DNA of 64,000 nt from an uncultured Planctomycetota bacterium (GCA_963841915.1 CAWJEN010000006.1:1120001-1184000), one strand, 5' to 3'; numbered from the stretch's first letter, positions 10,570 to 19,965 are shown. Notes: generated from the letters alone by a model not told the origin. Numbers and translations: made by a program.

Positions 10570-11929
10570 CTGAGGGCTCCAGTCGGCTGGCGGAGGATTG
10601 TTGCGGCGACGTCGGGGGCTCGTCCTCGTCGTCGATCTCGACGAACAAGTTGTCGACCACCCAAACCACGGCCAACAGCAGGAAGAACGCAGGCACGAGC
10701 ATGACCAGGCCTGCAAAGCCGTGGGCAAATCCCTGACTCATCTGTTCGCTGACGTAGACATCGAGCAACCCTTGCCCGCTGACGCGAAGCACGTTCATGC
10801 CGATCGCGATCGGGACGGCCGAGGCGACGATGATGAGCCGCTGCCAGAGCGGCCGTTGACCGAACAGGAACGCGACGGCACCGCCTGCGGTGAGGAAGGT
10901 CATGAGCGACCGCATTCCTGCACAGGCGGTGGCGACGTTGAGGATCCGCTCGCTGCCGTCGTTGCGGGAGATGATGATCTGCGTGCCTTCGACGTAAGTG
11001 TCGACCTGGGCGAGGTTCATCGTGACCACCGCCACCCGGGCGGCCAGGTACTGCAGCGGCATGGCGATCTTCGTGTAGACCAGTTCCGGCCACGGGATCG
11101 CAAAGACGAGGAATGCGATCGGGAACCAGACGATCCGCATGACCGGCCACCCGGTGAGCGTCAGGACGGCCCCAAAGGTCGCCAGGATCATGCCCAGGTC
11201 CTTGAGGTAGTCGTTCTGTCCCGGCCAGATGCCGTAGCCGCTGAGGAGCACGCCGGCGACGAGACAGCCGATGCCCCAGTCGAGGAGGATCGCCAGCACG
11301 CCCAGGCCAGCGACGGCAGTCATGAGCGGGCCGAAGTAGCCGGCCATGGTCGAGCCGATGAAGCTTTCAACGGCCCCGGTCTGCGTCAGGAACATGCCCA
11401 GCAACCCGGCAACGACGAACAGGCCACCGCCGAGGAGGCGTGTACGGCCGACCGTGCGTGCACCTTCGGAGGCGGCGGTGACCACGACATCGACCATCGC
11501 CAGAGCGAAGAACGTGCCGGCCGCCGGTAGCAGGTAGGGTAAGAGCGTCGACGCATCACCGGCGGCACGGCTGAACAACCACGTTGCCGCTGCAACGAAA
11601 CCGAATGTCACGCCCGCACCGAGCAGCCACGGCATCCGACTCCGCGGCAGCAACGGAGACGTCGGCGTCGACAACAAGTCTGCCCGACGCAGCCACAGGT
11701 ACGCGATGCCGATTACCGGCACGAGTACCGAGTGCGACCAGTTGGCCGCGTCCTGGCCGTAGATCGGATTCGTCTTCGACCAGATGCGGTACAGGTTCCG
11801 CCAGTACAGCAGCACCATCAGCCCACCGATCAGGGCGATGGCAACCATCGCGTATTGGCTCAGCTCCATCCGTCGCTTGCTTAGCGGCGACGCGTAAGCG
11901 GGTTCTCGTGGGGTCGGTGCGTTGGTCAC
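10562..11929 (-). CDS. Exosortase (EpsH/Xrt family)
   Basis: Polytopic membrane protein with the Cys-Arg-His catalytic motifs 'NVATACAGMRSL', 'NVLRV' and 'AHGFAG'; also 'WSHSVLVP' and 'FPIAFLVFAIPWP'. Confidence 0.92.
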   Translation of the reverse strand: MTNAPTPREPAYASPLSKRRMELSQYAMVAIALIGGLMVLLYWRNLYRIWSKTNPIYGQDAANWSHSVLVPVIGIAYLWLRRADLLSTPTSPLLPRSRMPWLLGAGVTFGFVAAATWLFSRAAGDASTLLPYLLPAAGTFFALAMVDVVVTAASEGARTVGRTRLLGGGLFVVAGLLGMFLTQTGAVESFIGSTMAGYFGPLMTAVAGLGVLAILLDWGIGCLVAGVLLSGYGIWPGQNDYLKDLGMILATFGAVLTLTGWPVMRIVWFPIAFLVFAIPWPELVYTKIAMPLQYLAARVAVVTMNLAQVDTYVEGTQIIISRNDGSERILNVATACAGMRSLMTFLTAGGAVAFLFGQRPLWQRLIIVASAVPIAIGMNVLRVSGQGLLDVYVSEQMSQGFAHGFAGLVMLVPAFFLLLAVVWVVDNLFVEIDDEDEPPTSPQQSSASRLEPSGA

Positions 11930-12073
11930 AGTTGCATGTTCCTCGCTCTGGGGCGACCACTCGCCGACGTCGGCCTTGTTCGCGTCTTACCTAGATCGAC
12001 AGTCGGGACACTGACTTTACCACGCCGTCGGCTTCCTCCTAACGCTTCTCGAGGCGTTGGGGTTCGCCACCCC

Positions 12074-12958
12074 TCACGACAAGAGGCCCAGCAACGCCAA
12101 CGCGTCCCGCTCGACGATGCCCCGCAGGGCCGGCCGCGGCACGGTCGGCAGGCTCGTGCCCTGCGTCAGCAGATTGATTGAAAAGAGGGCTTCAATCGTG
12201 TCAGCCGCGTTGGCGTACGGAAAGTCGCTGCCGAACAGGAGCTTATCGATAACGCCGTGCTCGTGGGCGCAGACAAGGGCGTTGTACGCCTGCCAAGGCC
12301 GGGCGAGCATGCCGCTGATATCGGACCAGACCCGCGGGTGCTTGGCCAGCAGCATGCACGTCTCTGCGGCCCACGGGTGGCCCATCTTGCTGATAATGAT
12401 GTGCAGGTTTGGAAATGTGCGGGCGATTTCGTCGATCAGCGTCGGCCGTGCGTATTCGAGCTGCGACCGCTCGGCGAGGTGCCCGCCTATGTGGAAGAGC
12501 ACCGGCATCTGTCGCGACTCGGCCTCGCCGTACAAAGCCATCGCCCGCGAGTCGGCCGGGTGGTAGGCACTGTTGCTCGGCGACACCACGACGCCACACA
12601 AGCCGAGTTCGTCGTTGCACCGACGAAGTTCCTGCACGCCTTTGCCGCTCGTCGGATCGATGCCTGCAAAGCCGAGCAGCTTTTCCGGGTGGCGGTCGAC
12701 GTAGTGGGCAACGAAGTCGTTGGGTACCTCTGCCCGGAGCAGCCGACTTGCAAAGCCGAGCACGATTGCCCGGTCGACGGGCCTCGACGCCTGCCAGTGC
12801 AGCTCGGTATCGGCCGGTGGGATGCGACGGAAGACGGTCCGCGTCCTGCCGCCCCGCTTACCGGCCTGGCGAGCCGTCTCCGCCGTCGGATCGCCCAGAT
12901 CAGCCTGACCCAACTGGTCAGGAGTTTCCCAAACGTGGGTGTGAACGTCAATCGTCAT
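12074..12958 (-). CDS. Amidohydrolase_2 family metal-dependent hydrolase
   Basis: 'IDVHTH' N-terminal metal motif, 'PVLFH', 'LLFGSDFP'. Confidence 0.85.
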   Translation of the reverse strand: MTIDVHTHVWETPDQLGQADLGDPTAETARQAGKRGGRTRTVFRRIPPADTELHWQASRPVDRAIVLGFASRLLRAEVPNDFVAHYVDRHPEKLLGFAGIDPTSGKGVQELRRCNDELGLCGVVVSPSNSAYHPADSRAMALYGEAESRQMPVLFHIGGHLAERSQLEYARPTLIDEIARTFPNLHIIISKMGHPWAAETCMLLAKHPRVWSDISGMLARPWQAYNALVCAHEHGVIDKLLFGSDFPYANAADTIEALFSINLLTQGTSLPTVPRPALRGIVERDALALLGLLS

Positions 12959-12990
12959 GCGGCAGATGCACGGTAGAGCGGCCGGAGTCG

Positions 12991-13117
12991 GAGGAACGCA
13001 AAGGAACGAAGAGGCGAAGGATCGCGAAGAAGGGAGCGAGAAGTGGTGACGGAACGATTCGCTCCTCAAGCGCTTACTTGATTCTGCTCCTCTGCCGTTG
13101 GCGTCTTCGCGTTCCTC
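12991..13117. repeat. Degenerate GCGAAG-rich intergenic palindromic element
   Basis: Ends GAGGAACGCAAAG / CTTCGCGTTCCTC are near-complementary. Shares AAGAGGCGAAG with the element at 35679-35803. Confidence 0.5.
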
Positions 13118-13123
13118 TGGAGC

Positions 13124-13906
13124 TCACCCCAGCACGCCGAAGTGCGTTAAACCTTCGACTACACCGGCCGCGACGGTCTGTTTGGCGAGATAGACGCTGG
13201 AGGCCCGTTCGGGGGCTTGTCGTTTGAGTTCGTCGTGGCCGTTACCGACGACAATGCCTCGAAACGGGTCGGCGAACATATCGAGGTCGTTGGCGCTGTC
13301 GCCGCTGACGAGGACGCATTCGCTGGCGAGACACTGGTGGCCCACGAGCCAGCGGATCGCCGCCGCCTTACCGGCCGCGGGTGGGAGCACGTCAAGGTCC
13401 TTGCCGCTGCTGACAACGATTTTGCACGCAACGCCGCGGCTTTGCAGTTCGCCCTCGACAGCCATCGCCACGCTCGGATCGGACAGATCAAAGCTCGCCT
13501 TGAACGGCGTCTGCATGTCGTCGGCGTGCGGGATGAGCTTGAACGTCTCGAGGCATACGGCCATGACCTCGTCCCGCGGCCAGTCGCCGAACTGCTCGCG
13601 GCCGTAGTCGGCGATGATTTCGCCCGTCTCGCCGTCGGCGACCTGCGTACCCATCGCCCCGATCTGGAACTGCGGCGTCGGCAGGCCTCTTACAAGCTTG
13701 AGCGACTCCCGCTGACTTGCGACGGGCCGCGAGGAATTGAACCAAAGCCGCAGCCGATCGCCCGCCCCTTCGAGCCGCCTGGCAAAGTCGGCAAGCTTCG
13801 GATCGGCCCCCGTGCTGCGAAAGCCGTGGTCGATCAGCGTCCCGTCGAGATCGCTGGCGAGGACGAACTTTTCAATGTCGGCGTAGGCGTCGGACGGCAT
13901 GGCCAA
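13124..13906 (-). CDS. HAD-IIB phosphatase, sucrose-phosphate phosphatase-like
   Basis: 'SDLDGTL' motif I, 'LDVLP..AGK', 'GDSANDLDM', 'GIVVGNG'. Confidence 0.85.
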   Translation of the reverse strand: MAMPSDAYADIEKFVLASDLDGTLIDHGFRSTGADPKLADFARRLEGAGDRLRLWFNSSRPVASQRESLKLVRGLPTPQFQIGAMGTQVADGETGEIIADYGREQFGDWPRDEVMAVCLETFKLIPHADDMQTPFKASFDLSDPSVAMAVEGELQSRGVACKIVVSSGKDLDVLPPAAGKAAAIRWLVGHQCLASECVLVSGDSANDLDMFADPFRGIVVGNGHDELKRQAPERASSVYLAKQTVAAGVVEGLTHFGVLG

Positions 13907-13925
13907 GTCTACCGGCCCGGCACTG

Positions 13926-15239
13926 CTACAGGTTCTGCGGCAACATGCGGAACTGGACGGGCATCTTCTCCAAGGGCTCCTTCGTCCAAGGGCTGAAGCT
14001 GATCGCGTCGTTCTTCGTGTGATCCTTCGTGATGTTCACCGGCCAGTAGTGCAACTCATCTGATCCGTCGCGGCCTTTGCCTTTGATAATGATCGACGCC
14101 TGCATCGAACTGGCGTCACTCCAGTAGAACCCGTCACGCCAGAACGTCCATTTCGATTCACGGTCCCATTCGCTTGATGGAATCCGCACTTCGACGATGT
14201 CATCGTCGGCGTGTTCTGCGAGCCATGCTTCTTCGGCCTTCTCTTTCAGCATCTCCGCCTCTGAGCCTCTGAAAAGATCCTTGGGGCCGCGGTTTGCAGT
14301 GATGATCTCGCTCTCGAGCTTCTGCCCCGCCTCGATGATCTCCGCCTCAAGCTGCTTGGCCTCGGCGACCATCGGCTTGGCTTGATCGGGATCGATGAGG
14401 TGAGCGAGCCAGATACGGTTCTTGGCGTTGCTGAGCTGAAACCGCACGCCTCCGTCCTCGGCGAAGACCATCGGCTTGCGATTCTCGACCGCCTCCTGCA
14501 TCATCTCGCGGGCAAACTGCAAGTCGCCCTTGGCCGATTCGAGAATCTGCGGCAATGCCGCCTGGGCGTCGACGGGCACCTCGGCCAGCCGACGCTTAGC
14601 CGAATCAAGCTCGTTGCCGATGCGGGCGGTATCTGCGTTACGCTGCTGGAGGAAGTCAGCGTATTTCGCCTCAAAATCCTGCACCTCCTTCATCGCCGGA
14701 CGCCAATCCTTGAGCAGTTCAGCCGCCTCCTTGGCGTTTCCGGGGATCAGGGCTTCGAACGGGCCGAACTGGCTGGCAATGTCGCTGATCCGCTCGACGT
14801 CTTTGGAAATCGCCTCCTGCCCGCCCATCGCATCGACGGCTGCCTTGGCACCCTCGAGCTGAGCCTTGGCAGCAGCGTTGTACTCGTTGAACTTCGGGGC
14901 AAGCTCGTTGATCTTGGCCCGCAACGTGTTCGCTTCTTCGTCGTCAGCGGGCAGCTTTTCAAGCTCCGTCACCGCCTTGTTGTACGCCGCAAGCGCAGCA
15001 TTGGAAGCAATGTTGAAGTCGTTGACCCGCTTGTCGCCGACCTGTGTTCCCAAGCCTTTCCACTCCGATAGGTAATACTCCATCCGAGTGATCTGACTCT
15101 CGACTTCGATCACGGCGTTTCGACTGGTCCGCAAGGCCGCACGCTCCGCGCCCGTCAGCGGTGCTCCAGCTGCCGGCAACGCCAGGGTCAGGATCAAAGT
15201 GCAGGAACACACGACGGCAGCAATGCTGATTTGGATCAT
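13926..15239 (-). CDS. Hypothetical secreted helical/coiled-coil protein
   Basis: 437-aa ORF with a signal peptide (..LPAAGA|), a long A/E/K-rich helical region and a Trp-rich C-terminal domain; GGAG RBS upstream. Confidence 0.75.
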   Translation of the reverse strand: MIQISIAAVVCSCTLILTLALPAAGAPLTGAERAALRTSRNAVIEVESQITRMEYYLSEWKGLGTQVGDKRVNDFNIASNAALAAYNKAVTELEKLPADDEEANTLRAKINELAPKFNEYNAAAKAQLEGAKAAVDAMGGQEAISKDVERISDIASQFGPFEALIPGNAKEAAELLKDWRPAMKEVQDFEAKYADFLQQRNADTARIGNELDSAKRRLAEVPVDAQAALPQILESAKGDLQFAREMMQEAVENRKPMVFAEDGGVRFQLSNAKNRIWLAHLIDPDQAKPMVAEAKQLEAEIIEAGQKLESEIITANRGPKDLFRGSEAEMLKEKAEEAWLAEHADDDIVEVRIPSSEWDRESKWTFWRDGFYWSDASSMQASIIIKGKGRDGSDELHYWPVNITKDHTKNDAISFSPWTKEPLEKMPVQFRMLPQNL

Positions 15240-15317
15240 CTATTCTCCGAGTTCGACTCTTGGGGATACAGCTCACCCTACCGCAAATTGCTGTCAAGTG
15301 TCACGCGTTGTGCGCCC

Positions 15318-16256
15318 CTAGGCCGGCCGCTCGAATAAAGCTTCAACGAATCGTGCCGGATCGAACGATTCTACGTCCTGTGGGGTTTCGCCCAGACCGA
15401 TGAACTTCACCGGGATGTCGAGCTCGTCGCGAATGGCGACAACCACGCCGCCCTTGGCCGTGCCGTCGAGCTTGGCCAGGAACAGGCCGCTGACGTCGAC
15501 TTCCTTCTTGAAGTGCTTGGCCTGATTCACCGCGTTCTGACCCGTTGTCGCGTCGAGAACGAGGATCGTTTCATGCGGGGCACCTTCGATCTTGCCCGCG
15601 ATGACCTTGCGGATCTTGCCTAGTTCACGCATGAGCCCTTGCTGCGTGTGCAACCGACCGGCCGTGTCGACGACGAGCACATCGACGCCACGTGCCACAG
15701 CCGCGTCGCAGGCGTCATAAGCGACGGCCGCCGGGTCGACGCCCTGCTTTTGTTTGATGATTTCGACGCCCAATCGATCCGCCCACGTCGACAACTGCTC
15801 GACCGCCGCCGCCCGGAACGTGTCGCCGGCCGCGAGCATGACGCGCTTGCCCATCTGCTCCTTGAGCACCCACGCGAGCTTGGCGATCGACGTCGTTTTA
15901 CCCGCACCGTTGACGCCGCACACCATGATGACGGTCGGCCCGCTCTTGGCCCACTTGATCTCACGGTCGCTCGCGTCGGCCCAGCCGGCGAGCATCTCTT
16001 CCTTGACCACGCCGGCCGCCTGCTCGGCGTTCTTGATCTTGCCCAGACGCCAGCGGTCGTGAACGGCGTCGCGGATCGCCATTGCCCGCCTGACGCCCGT
16101 GTCGGCGGCGATGAGCTTTTCCTCCAGCTCGTCGAGGAACGTCTGATCAATCTGCCGACCCGGCACAAACAGCGTCCGAACGTCCGTGTTCAGGACGGCG
16201 GCGGTCTTTTTGAGAGCCCCTTTGAGGCGATCGAGGTTTTTGGCGAAGAAAGCCAC
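15318..16256 (-). CDS. ftsY: Signal recognition particle receptor FtsY (NG domain only)
   Basis: 'GVNGAGKTTSIAKLA', 'AGDTFRAAA', 'DTAGRL', 'KLDGTAKGG'. Likely GTG start at 16256. Confidence 0.95.
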   Translation of the reverse strand: MAFFAKNLDRLKGALKKTAAVLNTDVRTLFVPGRQIDQTFLDELEEKLIAADTGVRRAMAIRDAVHDRWRLGKIKNAEQAAGVVKEEMLAGWADASDREIKWAKSGPTVIMVCGVNGAGKTTSIAKLAWVLKEQMGKRVMLAAGDTFRAAAVEQLSTWADRLGVEIIKQKQGVDPAAVAYDACDAAVARGVDVLVVDTAGRLHTQQGLMRELGKIRKVIAGKIEGAPHETILVLDATTGQNAVNQAKHFKKEVDVSGLFLAKLDGTAKGGVVVAIRDELDIPVKFIGLGETPQDVESFDPARFVEALFERPA

Positions 16257-16278
16257 GGGCCGGCACGGTAGCCGCGTC

Positions 16279-16950
16279 TCAACGGCGTCGACGGACCAGC
16301 AGCCCACCGACAAGCAAAGCTGTGCCCGCCAGTGTCGGTTCGGGCAGCGGCGTGCCGACGGCCCGCACGAGGTTGTTTCCCGCCAAACCGCCGAATACCG
16401 ATGGGTCACCGATCGCAAGGCTCGCCGGTAAGGCTTCCAGGTTGTTCAGGTCTGTTTCGCCCTCAGGCCCAAAGAAAATGTACCCGTTTCCAATCGTCCC
16501 GCCGTCTCTGCGAGCCGGTGCGTCACTGAGTGGAGACAAGCCGTCAATCCCACTGATGAAGGCGGCGACAAAGAAACTACCGCTGACGATCGCGTCGTCG
16601 CTCATCGAGTAGCTCGTAAAGACGTCCGGTCCGGCGGCGTTGGCATTGCTCAAGCCCGTCAGGCCGCTCGCCTGGCCTACCAGTGATAAGGCCGTTGGCG
16701 TGCCATCGTTGTCGAGATCGTCGTAAACCAGAAGCTCCACCGGCCGCCCCTGGGCAACACGCCCGAATGCGACGCTGACTTCAACGATCACCATCGGCTC
16801 GTCTGTCGTGAAGAAATTGCCCCAGATGAAGTCGGTGTCGTTGAAACTCGGGCCTGTGTTGAAGTTGCCCGACCCGTCATCAGCGACGAAGTCGAACCCT
16901 GCGACAGGCGAGCCGGCGAGAAGCAACACAAGCAGGTAAGGCATCTTCAT
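16279..16950 (-). CDS. PEP-CTERM sorting-signal protein
   Basis: Signal peptide; C-terminus 'LPEPTLAGTALLVGGLLVRRRR'. Confidence 0.88.
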   Translation of the reverse strand: MKMPYLLVLLLAGSPVAGFDFVADDGSGNFNTGPSFNDTDFIWGNFFTTDEPMVIVEVSVAFGRVAQGRPVELLVYDDLDNDGTPTALSLVGQASGLTGLSNANAAGPDVFTSYSMSDDAIVSGSFFVAAFISGIDGLSPLSDAPARRDGGTIGNGYIFFGPEGETDLNNLEALPASLAIGDPSVFGGLAGNNLVRAVGTPLPEPTLAGTALLVGGLLVRRRR

Positions 16951-16986
16951 GGCCGCACCCTATTCGCAGACAGGAGTGGCTGGCAA

Positions 16987-18096
16987 TCACTCGATCGCGA
17001 TCAGCTGGAACGTCACCGTGGGGGGAGACGTCAACGGCTCGACATCGTCCGGAAGCTCCAGCACCATTTGACGCTGGATCGGCTGGTTCAACCGAAACTG
17101 GTCGTCGGCGAGCAACGGCAAATACGCCCGCGCCTCTTCCTGCGACGACACGTTCTGCAGCGCCTCGATCGTCGAAACCGGCCCACGCACTTCGATGTTG
17201 TTCAGCACCGTGTTAGGCAAGTCGAACTCGACGCGATACTTGCCCTCAAAACCACCGGGCTTGCGGACCCAGATCGGGACTGCTCGCAGCACCACTGTCT
17301 TGAGTTCTCGCTCCCGCCGTTCGAAGATGACGGTCGCGGTCGGCGGGTTCAACGTGATGAGGTCTGCCGCGTCGCCGAGCCGTTGGCGAACCTCTGCCGA
17401 CAGGCTCAGCCGCATGATCTCCTGTCGCTCACCCACCGCTACATCGCTCGGAAGCGGCGCCACAATCGCCCCAAGACCGGCGGCTTCAATGACTGCCACC
17501 GCCGCTAAGGGGCCGGACACGCTCACCGTCGGCGGGTCGAACTGCACATCGCCCACAAGCTCGCTTGCAGGTAGCTCACCGCCAACCGCAAGCGGGATGC
17601 TCTTGCTGATAACCGATTCAACAGCTACCTCCACGACGGCAGGCACGACGTCCGACACCGTCACGCCGGCCTCGGCAAACAGGGGTAACTCATTGAGCTC
17701 CCGGCGGAGATCGACGGTGACTTGATCGTCCTCAGGCAAATCCAGCGCCAGCTCCAGGCCGTTGACGTTGCTCTCGCTGAGCTGCCGGGCAACGTCCTGC
17801 AATGCGCCACGTGATCCGCGGAGGGTCAGCGTCGTCGACGGGCTGCCACGCAAGCCGCCGTTGTACGTCAGGAGCATCTGCGGGCTCTCGTGACGCAGCT
17901 GGACCGTCACGTCCGGCACGACCTGCTCGGTGATCTGCTGCGTCTGGGCCCATACCCACAACAGCAACGTCAACGGCAACGTCCAGGCCAGCGTCTGGCC
18001 GACCTCCAGCAAGCTTCGCTGCGTAAACCAGCGCCCGCGCATCATGCGACGCCAGCGCCCGCTTGCACCGCTCTTGCTCGAGGGTGAGGTGGTCAT
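16987..18096 (-). CDS. cdaR: CdaR/YbbR-like regulator of diadenylate cyclase
   Basis: N-terminal TM ('TLLLWVWA') then repeated beta-rich YbbR-like modules ('P.TVSVSGP', 'IEVRGP'). 4-bp overlap with the cdaA stop. Confidence 0.75.
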   Translation of the reverse strand: MTTSPSSKSGASGRWRRMMRGRWFTQRSLLEVGQTLAWTLPLTLLLWVWAQTQQITEQVVPDVTVQLRHESPQMLLTYNGGLRGSPSTTLTLRGSRGALQDVARQLSESNVNGLELALDLPEDDQVTVDLRRELNELPLFAEAGVTVSDVVPAVVEVAVESVISKSIPLAVGGELPASELVGDVQFDPPTVSVSGPLAAVAVIEAAGLGAIVAPLPSDVAVGERQEIMRLSLSAEVRQRLGDAADLITLNPPTATVIFERRERELKTVVLRAVPIWVRKPGGFEGKYRVEFDLPNTVLNNIEVRGPVSTIEALQNVSSQEEARAYLPLLADDQFRLNQPIQRQMVLELPDDVEPLTSPPTVTFQLIAIE

Positions 18097-19088
18097 GCCG
18101 CCTCCTCACGCGTCGGCTCGGGCGGCGGATCGGTCTTGCCGCCCATCGGCTTGATCTCGCGGATCTCCCGCTTCTTCTTCGGTTTGTCAGGTTCCGGCTT
18201 GGCCTTGGGTTTGGTCGATGGCTCTGCCACGGTTGCAGGCTTGGCAGACTCGACCTTGGGCTTGGCCGGTTGGGAACCAGTTGAAGTGGCGACGCTGCGG
18301 TTGAGCATCTCCTGGAGCAACGCTTCCAGCCGCTCCATCGGCACCCGGCGGTGTAGCTGCCCACGCTCTGCGATGCTGATGTCACCCGTCTCTTCACTCA
18401 CAGCCACCACAATTGCGTCCGTCTCTGCGCTAAGCCCGACTGCTGCGCGGTGCCGACTGCCGAGCTCCTTGGGCAAGTCACCACTCTCTGCCAGCGGAAA
18501 CTGCACACCTGCGAAAGCCAGACGCCCGTCCCGCAAGACCACACCCAGGTCGTGCAGCGCCGTATTGGGGTGAAAAATGGTCGTCAGCAACGCCGATGAC
18601 ACCTCGGCATCGATCCGCGTCGCGTCCTCGGCCATGTTGGTCAGCGTGTCGTCACGCTCCAGGGCAACGAGGGCTCCGACGCGCCTGCGACTCAGGACGC
18701 CGCAGGCTTTGACGAGTTCGCTCACCTCGTCATCCACACCGCTCCTGCCACGGAGCAGTCGCGTTTCGCCCAGCCGCATGAGGGCGCGACGTAGCTCCGG
18801 CTGGAAGACGACAATGGCTGCGAAGCTGGCGTAGAAGAGGAATTGACTGAAGAGAACGTTGAGTCGTGCCAGGTCAAAGAACCCGCCCAACAGGCTCACG
18901 CCGAGGTAGAGCGTGATGAGCAGGACGACGATGCCCTTGAGCACGCGAACGCCGCGGGTGCCCTGCAGGAATCGAATGACCCAGAAGACGACCAGGCCGA
19001 TGAGCAGATTTTCGAGCAGGAACTGCCACAGCGGCACGCCGCGGGCGGCGGTGAAGAAGTCGGTCAGGCTCGTCAGCGCGTCGTTCAA
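18093..19088 (-). CDS. cdaA: Diadenylate cyclase CdaA
   Basis: Three N-terminal TMs, 'IVVFQPELRRAL', 'GALVALER', 'LGSRHRAAVGLS', 'VSEETGDIS'; Pro/Lys-rich C-terminal tail. Confidence 0.92.
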   Translation of the reverse strand: MNDALTSLTDFFTAARGVPLWQFLLENLLIGLVVFWVIRFLQGTRGVRVLKGIVVLLITLYLGVSLLGGFFDLARLNVLFSQFLFYASFAAIVVFQPELRRALMRLGETRLLRGRSGVDDEVSELVKACGVLSRRRVGALVALERDDTLTNMAEDATRIDAEVSSALLTTIFHPNTALHDLGVVLRDGRLAFAGVQFPLAESGDLPKELGSRHRAAVGLSAETDAIVVAVSEETGDISIAERGQLHRRVPMERLEALLQEMLNRSVATSTGSQPAKPKVESAKPATVAEPSTKPKAKPEPDKPKKKREIREIKPMGGKTDPPPEPTREEAA

Positions 19089-19144
19089 GGTAAAGCCTGC
19101 ATGAGCCTAGCCCACGCGAAGCGCTTCCCGCCGAACGACATCGG

Positions 19145-19471
19145 TTACGTAGCGGCCGGTAATCGGTGGACGACGAACCGCATGAGCAGCACTGCCCCAC
19201 CGATGGCGATGAGCCCGCACAACAGCAGGAACCACCCGATCGACGGCTCCCCGAACTGCCAGGCCGAGCCTTCACCGGCGAGCAGGCGGATGAGGCCGAT
19301 GAGCGTCAGGAGCACGCCGAGCACGATGCAGGTCGGGATCGTCGTGCGTGCCGACTTGATCGCACCCTGCATCGAGGCCTCTTTCCGCTTGGCAGCGATG
19401 GCCTTGGTCCCGGCCGGGGCGGCGGGACGGGCCGTGCGGGTCGAAGGCGTCGGGCTCGCAGGACGTGGCAT
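19145..19471 (-). CDS. Small hypothetical membrane protein (2 TM)
   Basis: 108-aa ORF with two hydrophobic segments; AAGGTGGTG RBS-like sequence upstream. Confidence 0.6.
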   Translation of the reverse strand: MPRPASPTPSTRTARPAAPAGTKAIAAKRKEASMQGAIKSARTTIPTCIVLGVLLTLIGLIRLLAGEGSAWQFGEPSIGWFLLLCGLIAIGGAVLLMRFVVHRLPAAT

Positions 19472-19587
19472 CGCACCACCTTAGCTCCACAACCACGTCT
19501 ACCACCGGCACCAACCGCGCTGCCACCGGGCATCATCCGGCACGAGGCACACCCCCGTCGGGCTTGCGGGACCGTCTTTGGCACCCG

Positions 19588-19602
19588 TGGCACGACCGTT
19601 GA
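19588..19602 (+). promoter_or_regulatory. Candidate sigma-54 (-24/-12) promoter
   Basis: TGGCACG-ACCG-TTGA compared with consensus TGGCACG-N4-TTGC: one mismatch, correct spacing, just upstream of ATG 19618. Confidence 0.4.
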
Positions 19603-19617
19603 CTGGTGTGGGTCGAC

Positions 19618-19965
19618 ATGAACCGACCTCACGACACCGCCGACGAGTTCAACGCCTTCAACGCCGCCGATGCCGACCGTCCTGCCGGCGACATTGCCGC
19701 CGGAAAGCTGGCTTACCAGAAGACCCTCGACAAGCTCATCGACGAGATCGACGCCCTGCCCGCCCCCGAACGCGACAAGCTCCGCAGCGTCGCAGACGAA
19801 GCCAGCGAACGGCACAAGCGACTCGTCCAAACTGTCGGAAAACTTCAAGAGACGCTCGACTTTCTGCGGGTGGGCGTGAAGTACCTCGTCTTCGACATCG
19901 AAGCGACCAAACGCGAAAACAACTACCTCCGCAAGCTCCTCGATGAAGCCAGCGGCGACGACTGA
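19618..19965 (+). CDS. Conserved planctomycete-type small coiled-coil protein
   Basis: C-terminal 'LQETLDFLRVGVKYLVFDIEATKRENNYLRKLL' resembles a family recalled from Planctomycetota genomes; function unknown. Confidence 0.75.
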   Translation: MNRPHDTADEFNAFNAADADRPAGDIAAGKLAYQKTLDKLIDEIDALPAPERDKLRSVADEASERHKRLVQTVGKLQETLDFLRVGVKYLVFDIEATKRENNYLRKLLDEASGDD

